Shown here: one piece after another, positions 10,079-19,712 of the stretch
Layout: each line of letters begins with the position of its first letter
How positions within the stretch are numbered: position 1 is the stretch's first letter
Assembly: GCA_964402995.1 (NCBI GenBank)
Contig: CAYOEA010000002.1
Location: 36,558-100,557 of the forward strand
DNA: 64,000 nt
Source: an uncultured Methanosarcinales archaeon
GTDB taxonomy: Archaea > Nanobdellota > Nanobdellia > Woesearchaeales > GCA-2686295
Direction of reading: 5' to 3'
Notes under the pieces: generated by a model
The model's database searches: none
What the model was told of the DNA's origin: nothing
Seen by the model: the letters and a program-made list of their open reading frames with translations, nothing else
Translations under genes and position numbers: made by a program

Positions 10079-11113
10079 ATGGGAACAGCAATAACTGAAA
10101 TTCTAATAAAAAAAGAAATTAGTATAAAAGATTTACAAGGACAAATTCTAGCAGTTGATACATTTAACATGCTATACCAATTTATTTCTAGCATAAGACA
10201 ATCAGATGGAACACCATTGACAGATTCTAAAGGCAGAATAACAAGTCACTTAATTGGATTATTTAACAGAGTAACAAAATTAATGACAGAAGGAATAAAA
10301 TTCATCTTTGTATTTGATGGCGAAGTTCCAGACCTGAAGAAAGCAGAAAGAGAAAGAAGAAAATTAGCAAAACTTGAAGCTCAAGCGAAATATGACGCAG
10401 CAAAACAAGAAGAAAATATTGAAGAAATGAAAAAATATGCTTCAAGAACTTCAAAACTAACATCAAACATGGTAGATGAAGCAAAAGAATTGATTAGAGC
10501 ACTTGGAATGCCAATAGTAGATGCACCAAGTGAAGGCGAAGCACAAGCAGCATATATAGTTTCAAAAGGAGAAGCATACGCAATAGTTAGCCAAGATGCA
10601 GACTCGCTTGTTTTTGGAGCACCAATAGTTATTAAAAATTTAACAATTGGCGGAAAGAAAAAAATGCCAGGAAGTTATGTGTATAAAAATATAAGTCCTG
10701 AAACATTAAGTTTAGCTGAGAACTTGAATAATTTGAAAATAACCAATGATCAATTAATAGTGCTTGCAATGCTTGTAGGAACTGATTATAATATTGGCGG
10801 AATAAAAGGAATAGGACCAAAGAAAGCTTTAAAACTACTAGAAACATATAAAGAAGATTATGAGAAAATATTTGAGGAAGCAAAGTGGAATGATAACTTT
10901 GACTTTGAATGGAAATTAGTATATGACACCATAAAAAATGTGAAAATTACTGACGATTATGATTTAACATTTGAAAAGATTGATACAGAAAAAATAATTG
11001 AAATATTAGTAGAAAAACATGACTTTTCAAAAGAAAGAGTTGATGGAACAATTGCAAAATTAATGAAAGGAATGCAACCAAAAACTCAGAAAGGACTTGG
11101 AGATTTCTTTTAA
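10079..11113 (+). CDS. fen: flap endonuclease 1
   Basis: AVDTFN.LYQF, FVFDG, APSEGEAQAA, SQDAD, GTDYN.GGIKGIGPKKA, C-terminal PIP box QKGLGDFF. Confidence 0.97.
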   Translation: MGTAITEILIKKEISIKDLQGQILAVDTFNMLYQFISSIRQSDGTPLTDSKGRITSHLIGLFNRVTKLMTEGIKFIFVFDGEVPDLKKAERERRKLAKLEAQAKYDAAKQEENIEEMKKYASRTSKLTSNMVDEAKELIRALGMPIVDAPSEGEAQAAYIVSKGEAYAIVSQDADSLVFGAPIVIKNLTIGGKKKMPGSYVYKNISPETLSLAENLNNLKITNDQLIVLAMLVGTDYNIGGIKGIGPKKALKLLETYKEDYEKIFEEAKWNDNFDFEWKLVYDTIKNVKITDDYDLTFEKIDTEKIIEILVEKHDFSKERVDGTIAKLMKGMQPKTQKGLGDFF

Positions 11114-11235
11114 ATTTAGAAATAAAAAAAGAGGATTAAGATTAATTGGAATAGTATGTTTAGATATTAAGAATACGCTGCTTCTAAAAATATGATGATA
11201 TTAGGCAGAGTATTTATTTTATTATAAATTAGAAA

Positions 11236-12105
11236 ATGAATTGGTTAATGTTTGCAATAGGAGCGGCAATATTCACTGCAGCTGCAGCACTAACTCAAAA
11301 AAAAGTTTTGAATAAAGAACATGCACTTGAATTCTCAACAGTACTTGCAATACTTAATTTTGCAATTGTGTTTGTTTTCTTACCACAAACAAATTTTGAT
11401 ATTGGATGGGATAAATACTTACTAATCTATGGAGTATCATGGTTTGCAGCAATAGCATATTTAATGGTTGCAAAAGCAGCAAGACATAGCGAAATATCAG
11501 CAGTATCACCAATAATGAATTTTGGACCTGCAATAACTGCAAGCATGGCATTCTTAGTTCTTGGAGAAAAGATTTCAGCTTTACAAGTTGCAGGAATAGG
11601 ATTACTCATTTTAGGAATGTATGTTTTAGAAATAAAAAAAGACTTGAAAAACTTCTTAGATCCATTCAAAGAATTTGTAAAATCAAAATATAATCACTTC
11701 ATAATATTCGCATTAATTCTATATGGTTTTACAAGCATAGCAGACAGATATATAATGACGCATGGAGTTGGAGTTGAAACATACCAATTCATAGTGCATG
11801 GTTTTGTACTTATGAATTATTTGCTAATCATAACAATTTTTTATGATGGAATAAAAGGCGTAATTAATGGATTTAAGAGCGCAGGTAAATGGATTCTATT
11901 GGTATCAATATTTACTGTAGCATATAGATATATGCAAGCAAAAGCTGTTTCTATGATGTATGTAGGGCTTGTTTCTGCAATTAAGAGACTATCAAATGTG
12001 GTAATCACTTTAGTTGGTGGAAAAATATATCATGAAAAGAACGTTCTGATAAAAGTCTTAGGGTGTATCATTATGATTTGGGGCGCAGTCTTTATAATAA
12101 TCTAA
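11236..12105 (+). CDS. EamA/DMT family transporter
   Basis: About 10 TM segments in two repeats, LVLGEKIS motif. Confidence 0.85.
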   Translation: MNWLMFAIGAAIFTAAAALTQKKVLNKEHALEFSTVLAILNFAIVFVFLPQTNFDIGWDKYLLIYGVSWFAAIAYLMVAKAARHSEISAVSPIMNFGPAITASMAFLVLGEKISALQVAGIGLLILGMYVLEIKKDLKNFLDPFKEFVKSKYNHFIIFALILYGFTSIADRYIMTHGVGVETYQFIVHGFVLMNYLLIITIFYDGIKGVINGFKSAGKWILLVSIFTVAYRYMQAKAVSMMYVGLVSAIKRLSNVVITLVGGKIYHEKNVLIKVLGCIIMIWGAVFIII

Positions 12106-12168
12106 TTATAATCAAATAAAGTCTTTAATTTATATAAATTTAAAAAAGGAAATTACCTTCTAAAGAAA

Positions 12169-13923
12169 ATGCTTGGTGCAAAAACAGAAATCAGAAATGC
12201 TGAAGAATTAAAATCCCATCTAATTAATAATGGATTAATGGATTTTAATAGAAGAAATAAAGTAGAAGATGGAATGATAATATTCCCCATTACCAAGTCA
12301 TTTGAAAAAGAAAGAGTGATTATTTTTGAAGTTGATTTACCTACAAAAAATAAAAAAACTAGCTGGATAGATGAACTAAATAAAATATTAAGCGCTGAAG
12401 AATTAAAAGAAGTTAAGACTGCGCAAGACGTATTAGGTAATATAGCAGTAATTGAAATTCCTGAAAACTTAATTTTAAAAGAAAAAGAGATTGCAGAAGC
12501 ACTATTAAAAACAAATAAACATGTTAAAACAGTACTAAAAAAAGCAGGCGAACATGATGGAATATTTAGAACACAAAAAATGCAGTGGCTTGCAGGCGAG
12601 AATACAAAAGAATCAATCTATTTAGAAAATAACGCCAAAATAAAAATAAATGTAGAAGAAGTATATTTCAGTCCAAGACTTAGCACTGAAAGAAAAAGAA
12701 TAGCAGGGCAAGTAAAACCAGGCGAAGAAGTTCTTGTAATGTTTAGTGGAGCTGCACCATACCCTTGCGTATTATCAAAAAATACAGATGCAAAAAGAAT
12801 AATTGGAATAGAACTAAATCCTGTTGGACACAAATATGGAATTGAAAATTTAAAATTAAATAAAATTCATAATGTAAGTTTAATTAATGGAGATGTAAAT
12901 TCTGTTTTACCAAAAATGTATTCTGAAATTATAGGATTAAAATCAGCAATATTAGATGAAGAAATGAATGTTCGACTAGCACAAAATCCTAAAGTGTTTG
13001 AATTTCATTTATTTGAAGATGACCTTCCTAAAAATAAAAATAAACTTGAAGAATGGATTATAAAATTAAAAGAAAAAGGAATAGAAGTTATTATACACGC
13101 ACCATTTAGAAAACCAAATGGTGAAAGTTTCAAATTTAATAAAAAAAACATTGAACATGAATTAAAAATAACTTCAATCATAGGAGAACTATGTAAACAA
13201 TATGATGCTAAAGCAATAATACACCCAACAAATACTGATTCAAAAGAAAACGATGATGAAAATATATTAATACAAAATCTAAAAAAATTAAGAAACTATT
13301 ATGATTATTTTTATTTTGAAAATGAAAATAAAGGAATGTTTGCAGAAACAAAACAAATAATTAGGATAGCAAAAAATGCAGGAATAAAAAATATTTGTAT
13401 AGATCTTGCACATGCATACATCTACAACGATAGTAATGATAAAATTGAAGAACTAATAAAAGAAGTCCAAAAACAATTTAATACATATTTCCACATAGTA
13501 GATAATAATAAAAAAACACATAGTTGTAAAGTTGGAGCAGGTTTTGTTGATTTTGAAAGAATCATGCCTTATGTCACAAAAGGAATAGCTGAAGTTAGAA
13601 GCGAAGATGAAAAAAAAGCAACAGAGATGATCGAAAGTTATAATAAATTAATCGATATAATTCCACAATTTGATAGAATATGTATGCCACTACCAAAATC
13701 AGCTGAAGACTTTCTAGAAGCAGCATTTAGCGTATCAAAAAATGGAACTATAATTCATTTTTATGATTTTTTACATGAAACAGAATTTGATTTATGTGAA
13801 GAAAAAGTAAAGAATGCATGTGAGAAATCAGGAATAAAATATGAAATTATAAGTTTCAATAAATGCGGCCAATACAGCCCTGGTAAATTTAGAGTTTGCT
13901 TAGATTTCAAAATCATAAAATAA
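12169..13923 (+). CDS. trm5: Trm5/Taw22-family tRNA (G37) methyltransferase with an inserted xylose-isomerase/endonuclease-IV-like TIM barrel
   Basis: DVLGNIAVI, G.FR, VYFSPRLSTER, VMFSGAAPY, IELNP, FDRICMPLP, IIHFYDF, GQYSPG. An insertion of about 250 aa lies at 12916-13668. Confidence 0.85.
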   Translation: MLGAKTEIRNAEELKSHLINNGLMDFNRRNKVEDGMIIFPITKSFEKERVIIFEVDLPTKNKKTSWIDELNKILSAEELKEVKTAQDVLGNIAVIEIPENLILKEKEIAEALLKTNKHVKTVLKKAGEHDGIFRTQKMQWLAGENTKESIYLENNAKIKINVEEVYFSPRLSTERKRIAGQVKPGEEVLVMFSGAAPYPCVLSKNTDAKRIIGIELNPVGHKYGIENLKLNKIHNVSLINGDVNSVLPKMYSEIIGLKSAILDEEMNVRLAQNPKVFEFHLFEDDLPKNKNKLEEWIIKLKEKGIEVIIHAPFRKPNGESFKFNKKNIEHELKITSIIGELCKQYDAKAIIHPTNTDSKENDDENILIQNLKKLRNYYDYFYFENENKGMFAETKQIIRIAKNAGIKNICIDLAHAYIYNDSNDKIEELIKEVQKQFNTYFHIVDNNKKTHSCKVGAGFVDFERIMPYVTKGIAEVRSEDEKKATEMIESYNKLIDIIPQFDRICMPLPKSAEDFLEAAFSVSKNGTIIHFYDFLHETEFDLCEEKVKNACEKSGIKYEIISFNKCGQYSPGKFRVCLDFKIIK

Positions 13924-13990
13924 TAACAATAATAAAAAATGATTCTTAAAAATATATGGAAGTTAAATTAAAATAGACAATAGAATAAAA

Positions 13991-14066
13991 GACGCGCTCC
14001 CTAGTTACTTCCGTTCTTCATCAGGACGAAGTCCCTCAGCGGGTGTTCACTCGGTCATCACGCGCA
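13991..14066 (-). ncRNA. box C/D-like small RNA
   Basis: GC-rich island reading GCGC-GUGAUGA-(15 nt)-CUGA-hairpin GGAC(UUC)GUCC-UGAUGA-(13 nt)-CUAGGGA-GCGC on the minus strand, with an upstream TATA and a downstream T-run. Confidence 0.7.
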
Positions 14067-14087
14067 GACAAAATGAAAGGAAGACAG

Positions 14088-14095
14088 TTTATATA
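14088..14095 (-). promoter_or_regulatory. TATA box of the putative sRNA
   Basis: TATATAAA on the minus strand, preceded by a purine-rich BRE-like stretch, about 22 nt upstream of the RNA 5' stem. Confidence 0.6.
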
Positions 14096-14189
14096 CTTAT
14101 TCTTTCTTAACTTTAATGAAACCTATAATTTGATGAGAAAAGAATAAGAACTAGTTTATATAATAAAAAATTATTAGAATTTTTAATAA

Positions 14190-15311
14190 CTATCCATAGA
14201 TAAGATAATTGAGCATATCAGTATCTTCATTCTTAATTTTTTTAACTGCTGCAATTAAATCTTCAGATTCAACTTTAGTTTTACCTTTACGAATAGCAAA
14301 ATAACCTGCTTCAGTACAAACAGCTTTAATTTCAGCACCAGAGAAATTTTTCATAGATTTAACAAGTTTATCAACATCTAATTTTTTATCAATAGTCATA
14401 TTTTTCGTATGAATTTTGAAGATTTCTTTCAAACCTTCTTCGCCAGGATTATCAACTTCAATTAAACGGTCTAATCTACCTGGTCTTACAATTGCAGGAT
14501 CAAGAATATCCAGTCTGTTAGTACAACCAATAATTTTAACATTATCAAGAGGTTTAAAACCATCTAACTCAGCAAGTAACTGCATGAATGTTCTTTGAAC
14601 TTCTCTTTCACCAGAAGTACCGACATCAATTCTTTTAGCAGCTAACGAATCTAATTCGTCAATAAAAATAATTGAAGGAGCACGTTCTCGTGCAATTTGA
14701 AATATTTCTTTAACAAGTTTCGCACCTTCACCAATGAACTTTTGAACAAGTTCAGAACCTACGATTTCAATAAACGTAGATTTAGTTGATGAAGCAACAG
14801 CTTTTGCAAGAAGAGTCTTTCCAGTTCCTGGAGGACCATGAAGTAAAATACCTTTTGGAGGATGAATACCTACCTTTTTGAATAATTCAGGTTTGTTTAA
14901 TGGAAGCTCAATAACTTCTTTAATTTCTTCAATTTGTTTATCTAAACCACCAATTTCAGCCCAAGGAACGTTTGGATCATCCATTATAACAAACTGTTCA
15001 ACATTAAATTTTTTAGACATTTCAACTTTATCTATAACAGTTAAATTCTTTTGTTCAAGAAGAACTGAATCACCGGAAGAAACACCCTTTAAATCATTTG
15101 AAATATCTACATAAAAACTATTTCCATTTGGTAATTTAACAACTGCTTGTTGATCATGAAGACTAATTAATTCACCAATAAGAAGAGCAGGAGATTTAAA
15201 CCTATCAACTTCATTTTTTAATTGAGAAACTGTTTCTCGAAGTAATCTATTCTCCTCTTCCATATCATTTGAATCCATGGTATATGAGAACATAGCTTTA
15301 TCTTTATTCAT
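14190..15311 (-). CDS. pan: proteasome-activating nucleotidase (AAA+ ATPase)
   Basis: N-terminal coiled coil and OB fold, GPPGTGKT, IIFIDELD, SRH LDPAIVRPGRLDR, C-terminal HbYX (IYG). Confidence 0.96.
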   Translation of the reverse strand: MNKDKAMFSYTMDSNDMEEENRLLRETVSQLKNEVDRFKSPALLIGELISLHDQQAVVKLPNGNSFYVDISNDLKGVSSGDSVLLEQKNLTVIDKVEMSKKFNVEQFVIMDDPNVPWAEIGGLDKQIEEIKEVIELPLNKPELFKKVGIHPPKGILLHGPPGTGKTLLAKAVASSTKSTFIEIVGSELVQKFIGEGAKLVKEIFQIARERAPSIIFIDELDSLAAKRIDVGTSGEREVQRTFMQLLAELDGFKPLDNVKIIGCTNRLDILDPAIVRPGRLDRLIEVDNPGEEGLKEIFKIHTKNMTIDKKLDVDKLVKSMKNFSGAEIKAVCTEAGYFAIRKGKTKVESEDLIAAVKKIKNEDTDMLNYLIYG

Positions 15312-15337
15312 AATAAACAAAAAATGATGAGGGTTTT

Positions 15338-16366
15338 TTAAAGTTTTGGTATTATGATTAATTTTTTAGGAAATGAAGTTAAAATTTTATGCCCTGTTTT
15401 AGTAACTAAAACATCATCTTCAAATCTAATGCCAAAAGAAGAATAAATTCCAGGCTCAATAGTAATTACCATGCCTGCCTTTAAAATTTCTTTTGATTTT
15501 AAAGATACTCTTGGAGATTCATGAACATCAAGACCAAGACCATGACCTAAACTATGAATGAAAAATTTGTCAATGATGCCTAATTCCTTTCTAACAAAAG
15601 TTTCTAAGTCTGTGACCTTAACATTTGACTTAACTAAAGCAATTGCTTTCTTTTGAATTGAAAGTAAAAAACGATAAGTTTTTCTTTCTTGATCAGACGG
15701 TTTTCCAATATAAAACGTTCTTGTAATATCAGCACAATAACCTTTATATTTTAAACCCATATCAATAACTAAAAAACCATCCTTGATTTTAGAATTCGAT
15801 GCGTAGTGTGGCTTTGAAGCGTTAATACCGGATGCAACAATAGGTTCAAAAGAAATTTCACAATCTAAATCAATAGCTCGTTTCTTAATGTATTTTCTAA
15901 TATCATCTTCATATTTAAAGTTAAGACTCTTGAAGTTTTTTATTATTTCTTTTAGAACTTTTTCAGATAGTTTGCATGCATGAATAATATTTTTTATTTC
16001 ATCAGAGGATTTTGTTAATCGGAGTTTTGAGAGAATATCTGAGACATCAACAGTTGAAGTTATTTTATCAAGTTTGATTTTAAAAGATGCTGGAACAAAA
16101 GGAAAATTTAAACCAATAGTTTTGAATTTTGTCAAAGATTCTTTTAATAATTTTAAAGGTGTTTTTGAACTAACTATAGTACAAGGAAGAGAAATATCTT
16201 CTAGAAGACTTGTGAAAATTATGGGTTTTCCAACATTTGGAATTAGGATGTAAGATTCACCAATAGCTTCTTTTAGAAAATAAAATGCATTCACATCATC
16301 AGATCTAAAAACACAAGCATCAATTTTATTTTTACTCAAATAAGTTTGAAATTTATCTAAAGACAT
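15338..16366 (-). CDS. Xaa-Pro peptidase (M24B)
   Basis: IDMG...GYCADITRT, HSLGHGLGLDVHE, TIEPGIY, GIRFEDDV. Confidence 0.92.
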   Translation of the reverse strand: MSLDKFQTYLSKNKIDACVFRSDDVNAFYFLKEAIGESYILIPNVGKPIIFTSLLEDISLPCTIVSSKTPLKLLKESLTKFKTIGLNFPFVPASFKIKLDKITSTVDVSDILSKLRLTKSSDEIKNIIHACKLSEKVLKEIIKNFKSLNFKYEDDIRKYIKKRAIDLDCEISFEPIVASGINASKPHYASNSKIKDGFLVIDMGLKYKGYCADITRTFYIGKPSDQERKTYRFLLSIQKKAIALVKSNVKVTDLETFVRKELGIIDKFFIHSLGHGLGLDVHESPRVSLKSKEILKAGMVITIEPGIYSSFGIRFEDDVLVTKTGHKILTSFPKKLIIIPKL

Positions 16367-16367
16367 T

Positions 16368-17021
16368 TTATTTAGGACCTCCAAAAATCAATGAACCAAC
16401 ACGAACCATATTGGCTCCTGATTCAATTGCAACAAGGAAATCATTACTCATACCCATCGATAGATACTTCATTTCAATATTTGGAATGTTTAATTCTTTT
16501 ATTAAATCAAAGACTTTTTTCATCCGATCAAAATAAGGTTTTGCTTTGACACTTGATACATTAAGAACAATAGTCATTAAACCTAAAACTTTAATATTTG
16601 AAAGAGTGGAAAGCTCTTCTAATAAAGGAACTATTTCGTTTTTTGAAATTCCATGTTTGTTTGGATCATTTGAAATGTTTACCTGAACTAAAACAGCCAT
16701 CACTTTATTTTTAGACTTACACACAGAATCAATTTTCTTAGCTAAAGCCAACGAATCTAATGATTGAATCATATCAAAAGTTTCAACCGCATCGCGCACT
16801 TTATTTCTTTGTAAATGACCAATAAGATGAAGTTTAACTTCGCCTTTAATTTCGAGTTTCTTTTCTTTAGCAACAGCAACCCTGCTTTCTGCAATATCAG
16901 TAACACCTAAAAATACTGCTTGATTAATTTCACGAATAGATGCATATTTAGTTACAGCGACTAATTTTGCCTTATGTAAAACTAAAGATTTAACTTTATC
17001 AAGACCATTTAAAAGACTCAT
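16368..17021 (-). CDS. yggS: YggS/PLPBP pyridoxal-phosphate homeostasis protein
   Basis: LVAVTK, HLIGHLQRNK, GLMT, LSMGMSND, VRVGSLIFG. Confidence 0.93.
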   Translation of the reverse strand: MSLLNGLDKVKSLVLHKAKLVAVTKYASIREINQAVFLGVTDIAESRVAVAKEKKLEIKGEVKLHLIGHLQRNKVRDAVETFDMIQSLDSLALAKKIDSVCKSKNKVMAVLVQVNISNDPNKHGISKNEIVPLLEELSTLSNIKVLGLMTIVLNVSSVKAKPYFDRMKKVFDLIKELNIPNIEMKYLSMGMSNDFLVAIESGANMVRVGSLIFGGPK

Positions 17022-17171
17022 AATAGCTTATTATGAAAAGAAGTATAAAAAGTTAACTTAGAATTAGCAAATAAACAAGTAAAATGAAGATAAAAAATGA
17101 GAAAAAATTAATTATGTTTTACTTAAAAATGGTTAGTTAGATTTTTAAAGATGAAGTAAATTCAAGATAAA

Positions 17172-17648
17172 ATGGATAATTTGAAAGTAAATAGTTTAGT
17201 GAAGTTACAAACTTTATGTCTTCTCAATAAAGGACCAAAACATGGTTATGATATAATAAAAGAACTTACAAACTCCATGAATAGAAAAATAAGTGCAAGT
17301 CATGTTTACCCATTCCTAAAAGAATTAGAAGAAAACCAATTTATTAATTGTCAAAAAATAGAAGAAAGAGATAAAAAAAGATATTATTTAACAGATAAAG
17401 GCGATGAATTTATACAAATAGTTCTGAGCAAAATGACTCATGTTATGGATGCATTTTTAAGTAATAAAATAACTAGTTGTCATGGATGTGAATCAAAAAT
17501 TTATGATGGTGAACATGTTGAAATTATAAATGAAATGAAAAAAACATTTTGTTGCAAACACTGCTCTGATGCATATAAACAAAATATTATTCTAAGACAA
17601 AGTGCGTGGCAAACCGAAGATCAAGTTCGAACTGCTTCAAGATTCTAA
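17172..17648 (+). CDS. PadR-family regulator with a C-terminal TRASH/YHS-like metal-binding domain
   Basis: HGYDIIKEL, VYPFLKELE, KKRYYLTDKG; C-terminal CHGC...FCCKHC. Confidence 0.8.
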   Translation: MDNLKVNSLVKLQTLCLLNKGPKHGYDIIKELTNSMNRKISASHVYPFLKELEENQFINCQKIEERDKKRYYLTDKGDEFIQIVLSKMTHVMDAFLSNKITSCHGCESKIYDGEHVEIINEMKKTFCCKHCSDAYKQNIILRQSAWQTEDQVRTASRF

Positions 17649-17772
17649 ATTATCAATTCTAAGATAAATCAACTTAATTCTTTAATTTAAATTTTTAGTT
17701 TTATTAAAAAATTATCTTAATTAAAGCATTTAAGAAAAAAACTATATAAATGCGAGACCTTTTGCTAATACA

Positions 17773-18360
17773 ATGATTAGACGTATTGAGAAAAAGAAAG
17801 AAAAAATGAAGAAAATTTGGATGGGAGCAATCACCATATTCTTAATGGTTATAAGTATGCTTGGAGTCATGATGTACAATGACGATGAAGGTTCTGATTT
17901 AGAATATAATGGAACTAAATTTAGCTATCAAAACAATGTTTTTTCAGCAAAGCTTGGCGGAAAAACACAAATCTTTGGAAATTTACCTCAAGAAATTGAA
18001 AATCTAACTGTTAGCGCAGGACTTAAAGAACAATTATCAAAACAAACAATATACTTAACATTTGATCCAAATTCAAGAGATCAAGATTTATCATACATGG
18101 ATTTAATTAGAAAAGACTTTTCAGATAATCTAAACTCAATTGTTATCAATGGAATTACAGCTAACTCAAGCATATATCAATTACCTATCATTGATTGTTA
18201 TTATGCAAGTAATTTAACTAGTGTTTTCAAATTCGAAGTAAGTAATGAAACTAGAATCGATATAGAGGGAGATTGTGTTATTCTAAAAGGAGAAAATATT
18301 GAACTGATTAAACTTAGAGATTACGTCTTATATACTTATTACGATGTAATTGTAAAATAA
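17773..18360 (+). CDS. hypothetical membrane-anchored protein
   Basis: N-terminal basic stretch plus TM helix; C-terminal two-Cys domain shared with the next gene. Confidence 0.7.
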   Translation: MIRRIEKKKEKMKKIWMGAITIFLMVISMLGVMMYNDDEGSDLEYNGTKFSYQNNVFSAKLGGKTQIFGNLPQEIENLTVSAGLKEQLSKQTIYLTFDPNSRDQDLSYMDLIRKDFSDNLNSIVINGITANSSIYQLPIIDCYYASNLTSVFKFEVSNETRIDIEGDCVILKGENIELIKLRDYVLYTYYDVIVK

Positions 18361-18396
18361 GCTTAGCAAAAAAGAAAGAGAAGAAAAAAAAAGAAA

Positions 18397-19029
18397 ATGG
18401 CTGGAAAACTAGAAAAACAAGAAAAAGAAATGGAAAATAAAACAAGCAAACAATTAATTCAGTTTATCGTGTTTGTTTTAGTAATAGCAGCCATTGCTTA
18501 TGCGGTCTATAAGTTTACAGCACCTGCAGACACTCATCAATATGATAAGTATAATGGCTATGACTTTATGTATGATGAAGAACAAAAACTGTGGTTTTCA
18601 ACATTACAAATAGAAGAACAACCATTCATCATCCCATTTTACTTTCATCCAAAAGACTTAGAATACATACCGGTTCAGAAAGATATTGAAGATACATTAT
18701 ATCAAAAGAAACCAAAGAACGTAATCATAACTTTACCTTTTAATGATACATCAAGCATAGTAATTGCAGCAATAGAACTATCAAAAATTACAGGTGAAAG
18801 ATTTAAGATTCTAGAGATTCCAACAAGTAGCGCTTTTAATGAATATCTACAAGGGTTTCCACTTGCAACATGCGATAATTCATCAGATGATACACTTGTT
18901 ATTAACTTTGAAAAAAGTGAAACTAGCAGAATTAGAAGTGAAGGAAGATGTATTATACTTGAATACGCACAAAATGAAAGCATAAAAGTTGCAGATAATT
19001 TAGCATATCACATTCTAAAAATAATGTAA
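18397..19029 (+). CDS. hypothetical membrane-anchored protein (paralogue of the preceding gene)
   Basis: TM helix, YNG.DF motif, P..TC...V..F......I...G.CIIL C-terminal pattern. Confidence 0.7.
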   Translation: MAGKLEKQEKEMENKTSKQLIQFIVFVLVIAAIAYAVYKFTAPADTHQYDKYNGYDFMYDEEQKLWFSTLQIEEQPFIIPFYFHPKDLEYIPVQKDIEDTLYQKKPKNVIITLPFNDTSSIVIAAIELSKITGERFKILEIPTSSAFNEYLQGFPLATCDNSSDDTLVINFEKSETSRIRSEGRCIILEYAQNESIKVADNLAYHILKIM

Positions 19030-19078
19030 AACTTTGTGAGGGAAAAATATTATTTGATAATAATAATTTGAAATAAAA

Positions 19079-19672
19079 ATGCCACACTACTATTCAGAAA
19101 AACAAACATCAGAACTTAATCTAACTAAAGTTACACTTAGAATATGTGGGGAAGAATTAGTTATGTTTTCAGGCTCGGGCGTATTTTCTAAAAAAAGACT
19201 TGATAAAGGAACAGAACTTTTACTTAAAGAAATGATTATTTCTAATGGACAAAAAGTACTAGACTTAGGTTGTGGAATGGGAGTTGTTGGAATATATGCA
19301 AAAAAGAAACATCCTGACATAGAACTTATGCTTGCAGATGTAAGTGAGCGAGCAATAAAGCTAACAAAAGAAAGTTTAAAATTACATGACATGAAAGCCA
19401 GAATGAAACGATCAGATGGTTTTGCAAAAATAAAAGAAACAGATTTTGATACAATACTTCTAAACCCTCCGCAAGTAGCAGGTAAAGAAACTTGTTTTAG
19501 ACTACTAAAAGAGTCAAGTGAACATTTGATTAAAGGTGGAAGTTTACAGATTGTAGCGAGACATAACAAAGGTGGGAAAACTTATTCTGAGAAAATGAAA
19601 AACATATTTGGAAATATGAAAGAAATCGCAATAGGATCAGGATATAGAATTTATATGAGCATAAAAGAGTAA
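19079..19672 (+). CDS. RsmC-like class I SAM methyltransferase
   Basis: HYYS start, GVFS...LD.GT.LL, VLDLGCGMG, NPP motif. Confidence 0.88.
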   Translation: MPHYYSEKQTSELNLTKVTLRICGEELVMFSGSGVFSKKRLDKGTELLLKEMIISNGQKVLDLGCGMGVVGIYAKKKHPDIELMLADVSERAIKLTKESLKLHDMKARMKRSDGFAKIKETDFDTILLNPPQVAGKETCFRLLKESSEHLIKGGSLQIVARHNKGGKTYSEKMKNIFGNMKEIAIGSGYRIYMSIKE

Positions 19673-19712
19673 ATAATAATAAATAAATACCTGAATAAAT
19701 ACCAGCATAATT

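Noticed and set aside
12916-13668. Intein or homing endonuclease as the Trm5 insertion
   Set aside because: No N-terminal Cys/Ser with C-terminal His-Asn splice junction and no LAGLIDADG motifs; the ligand pattern fits a TIM barrel.
13991-14066. Hammerhead ribozyme, tRNA, SRP or RNase P RNA for the GC-rich island
   Set aside because: CUGAUGA is present but there is no stem II-GAAA core. There is no cloverleaf or T-loop. It is too short for, and lacks the hallmark motifs of, SRP or RNase P RNA.
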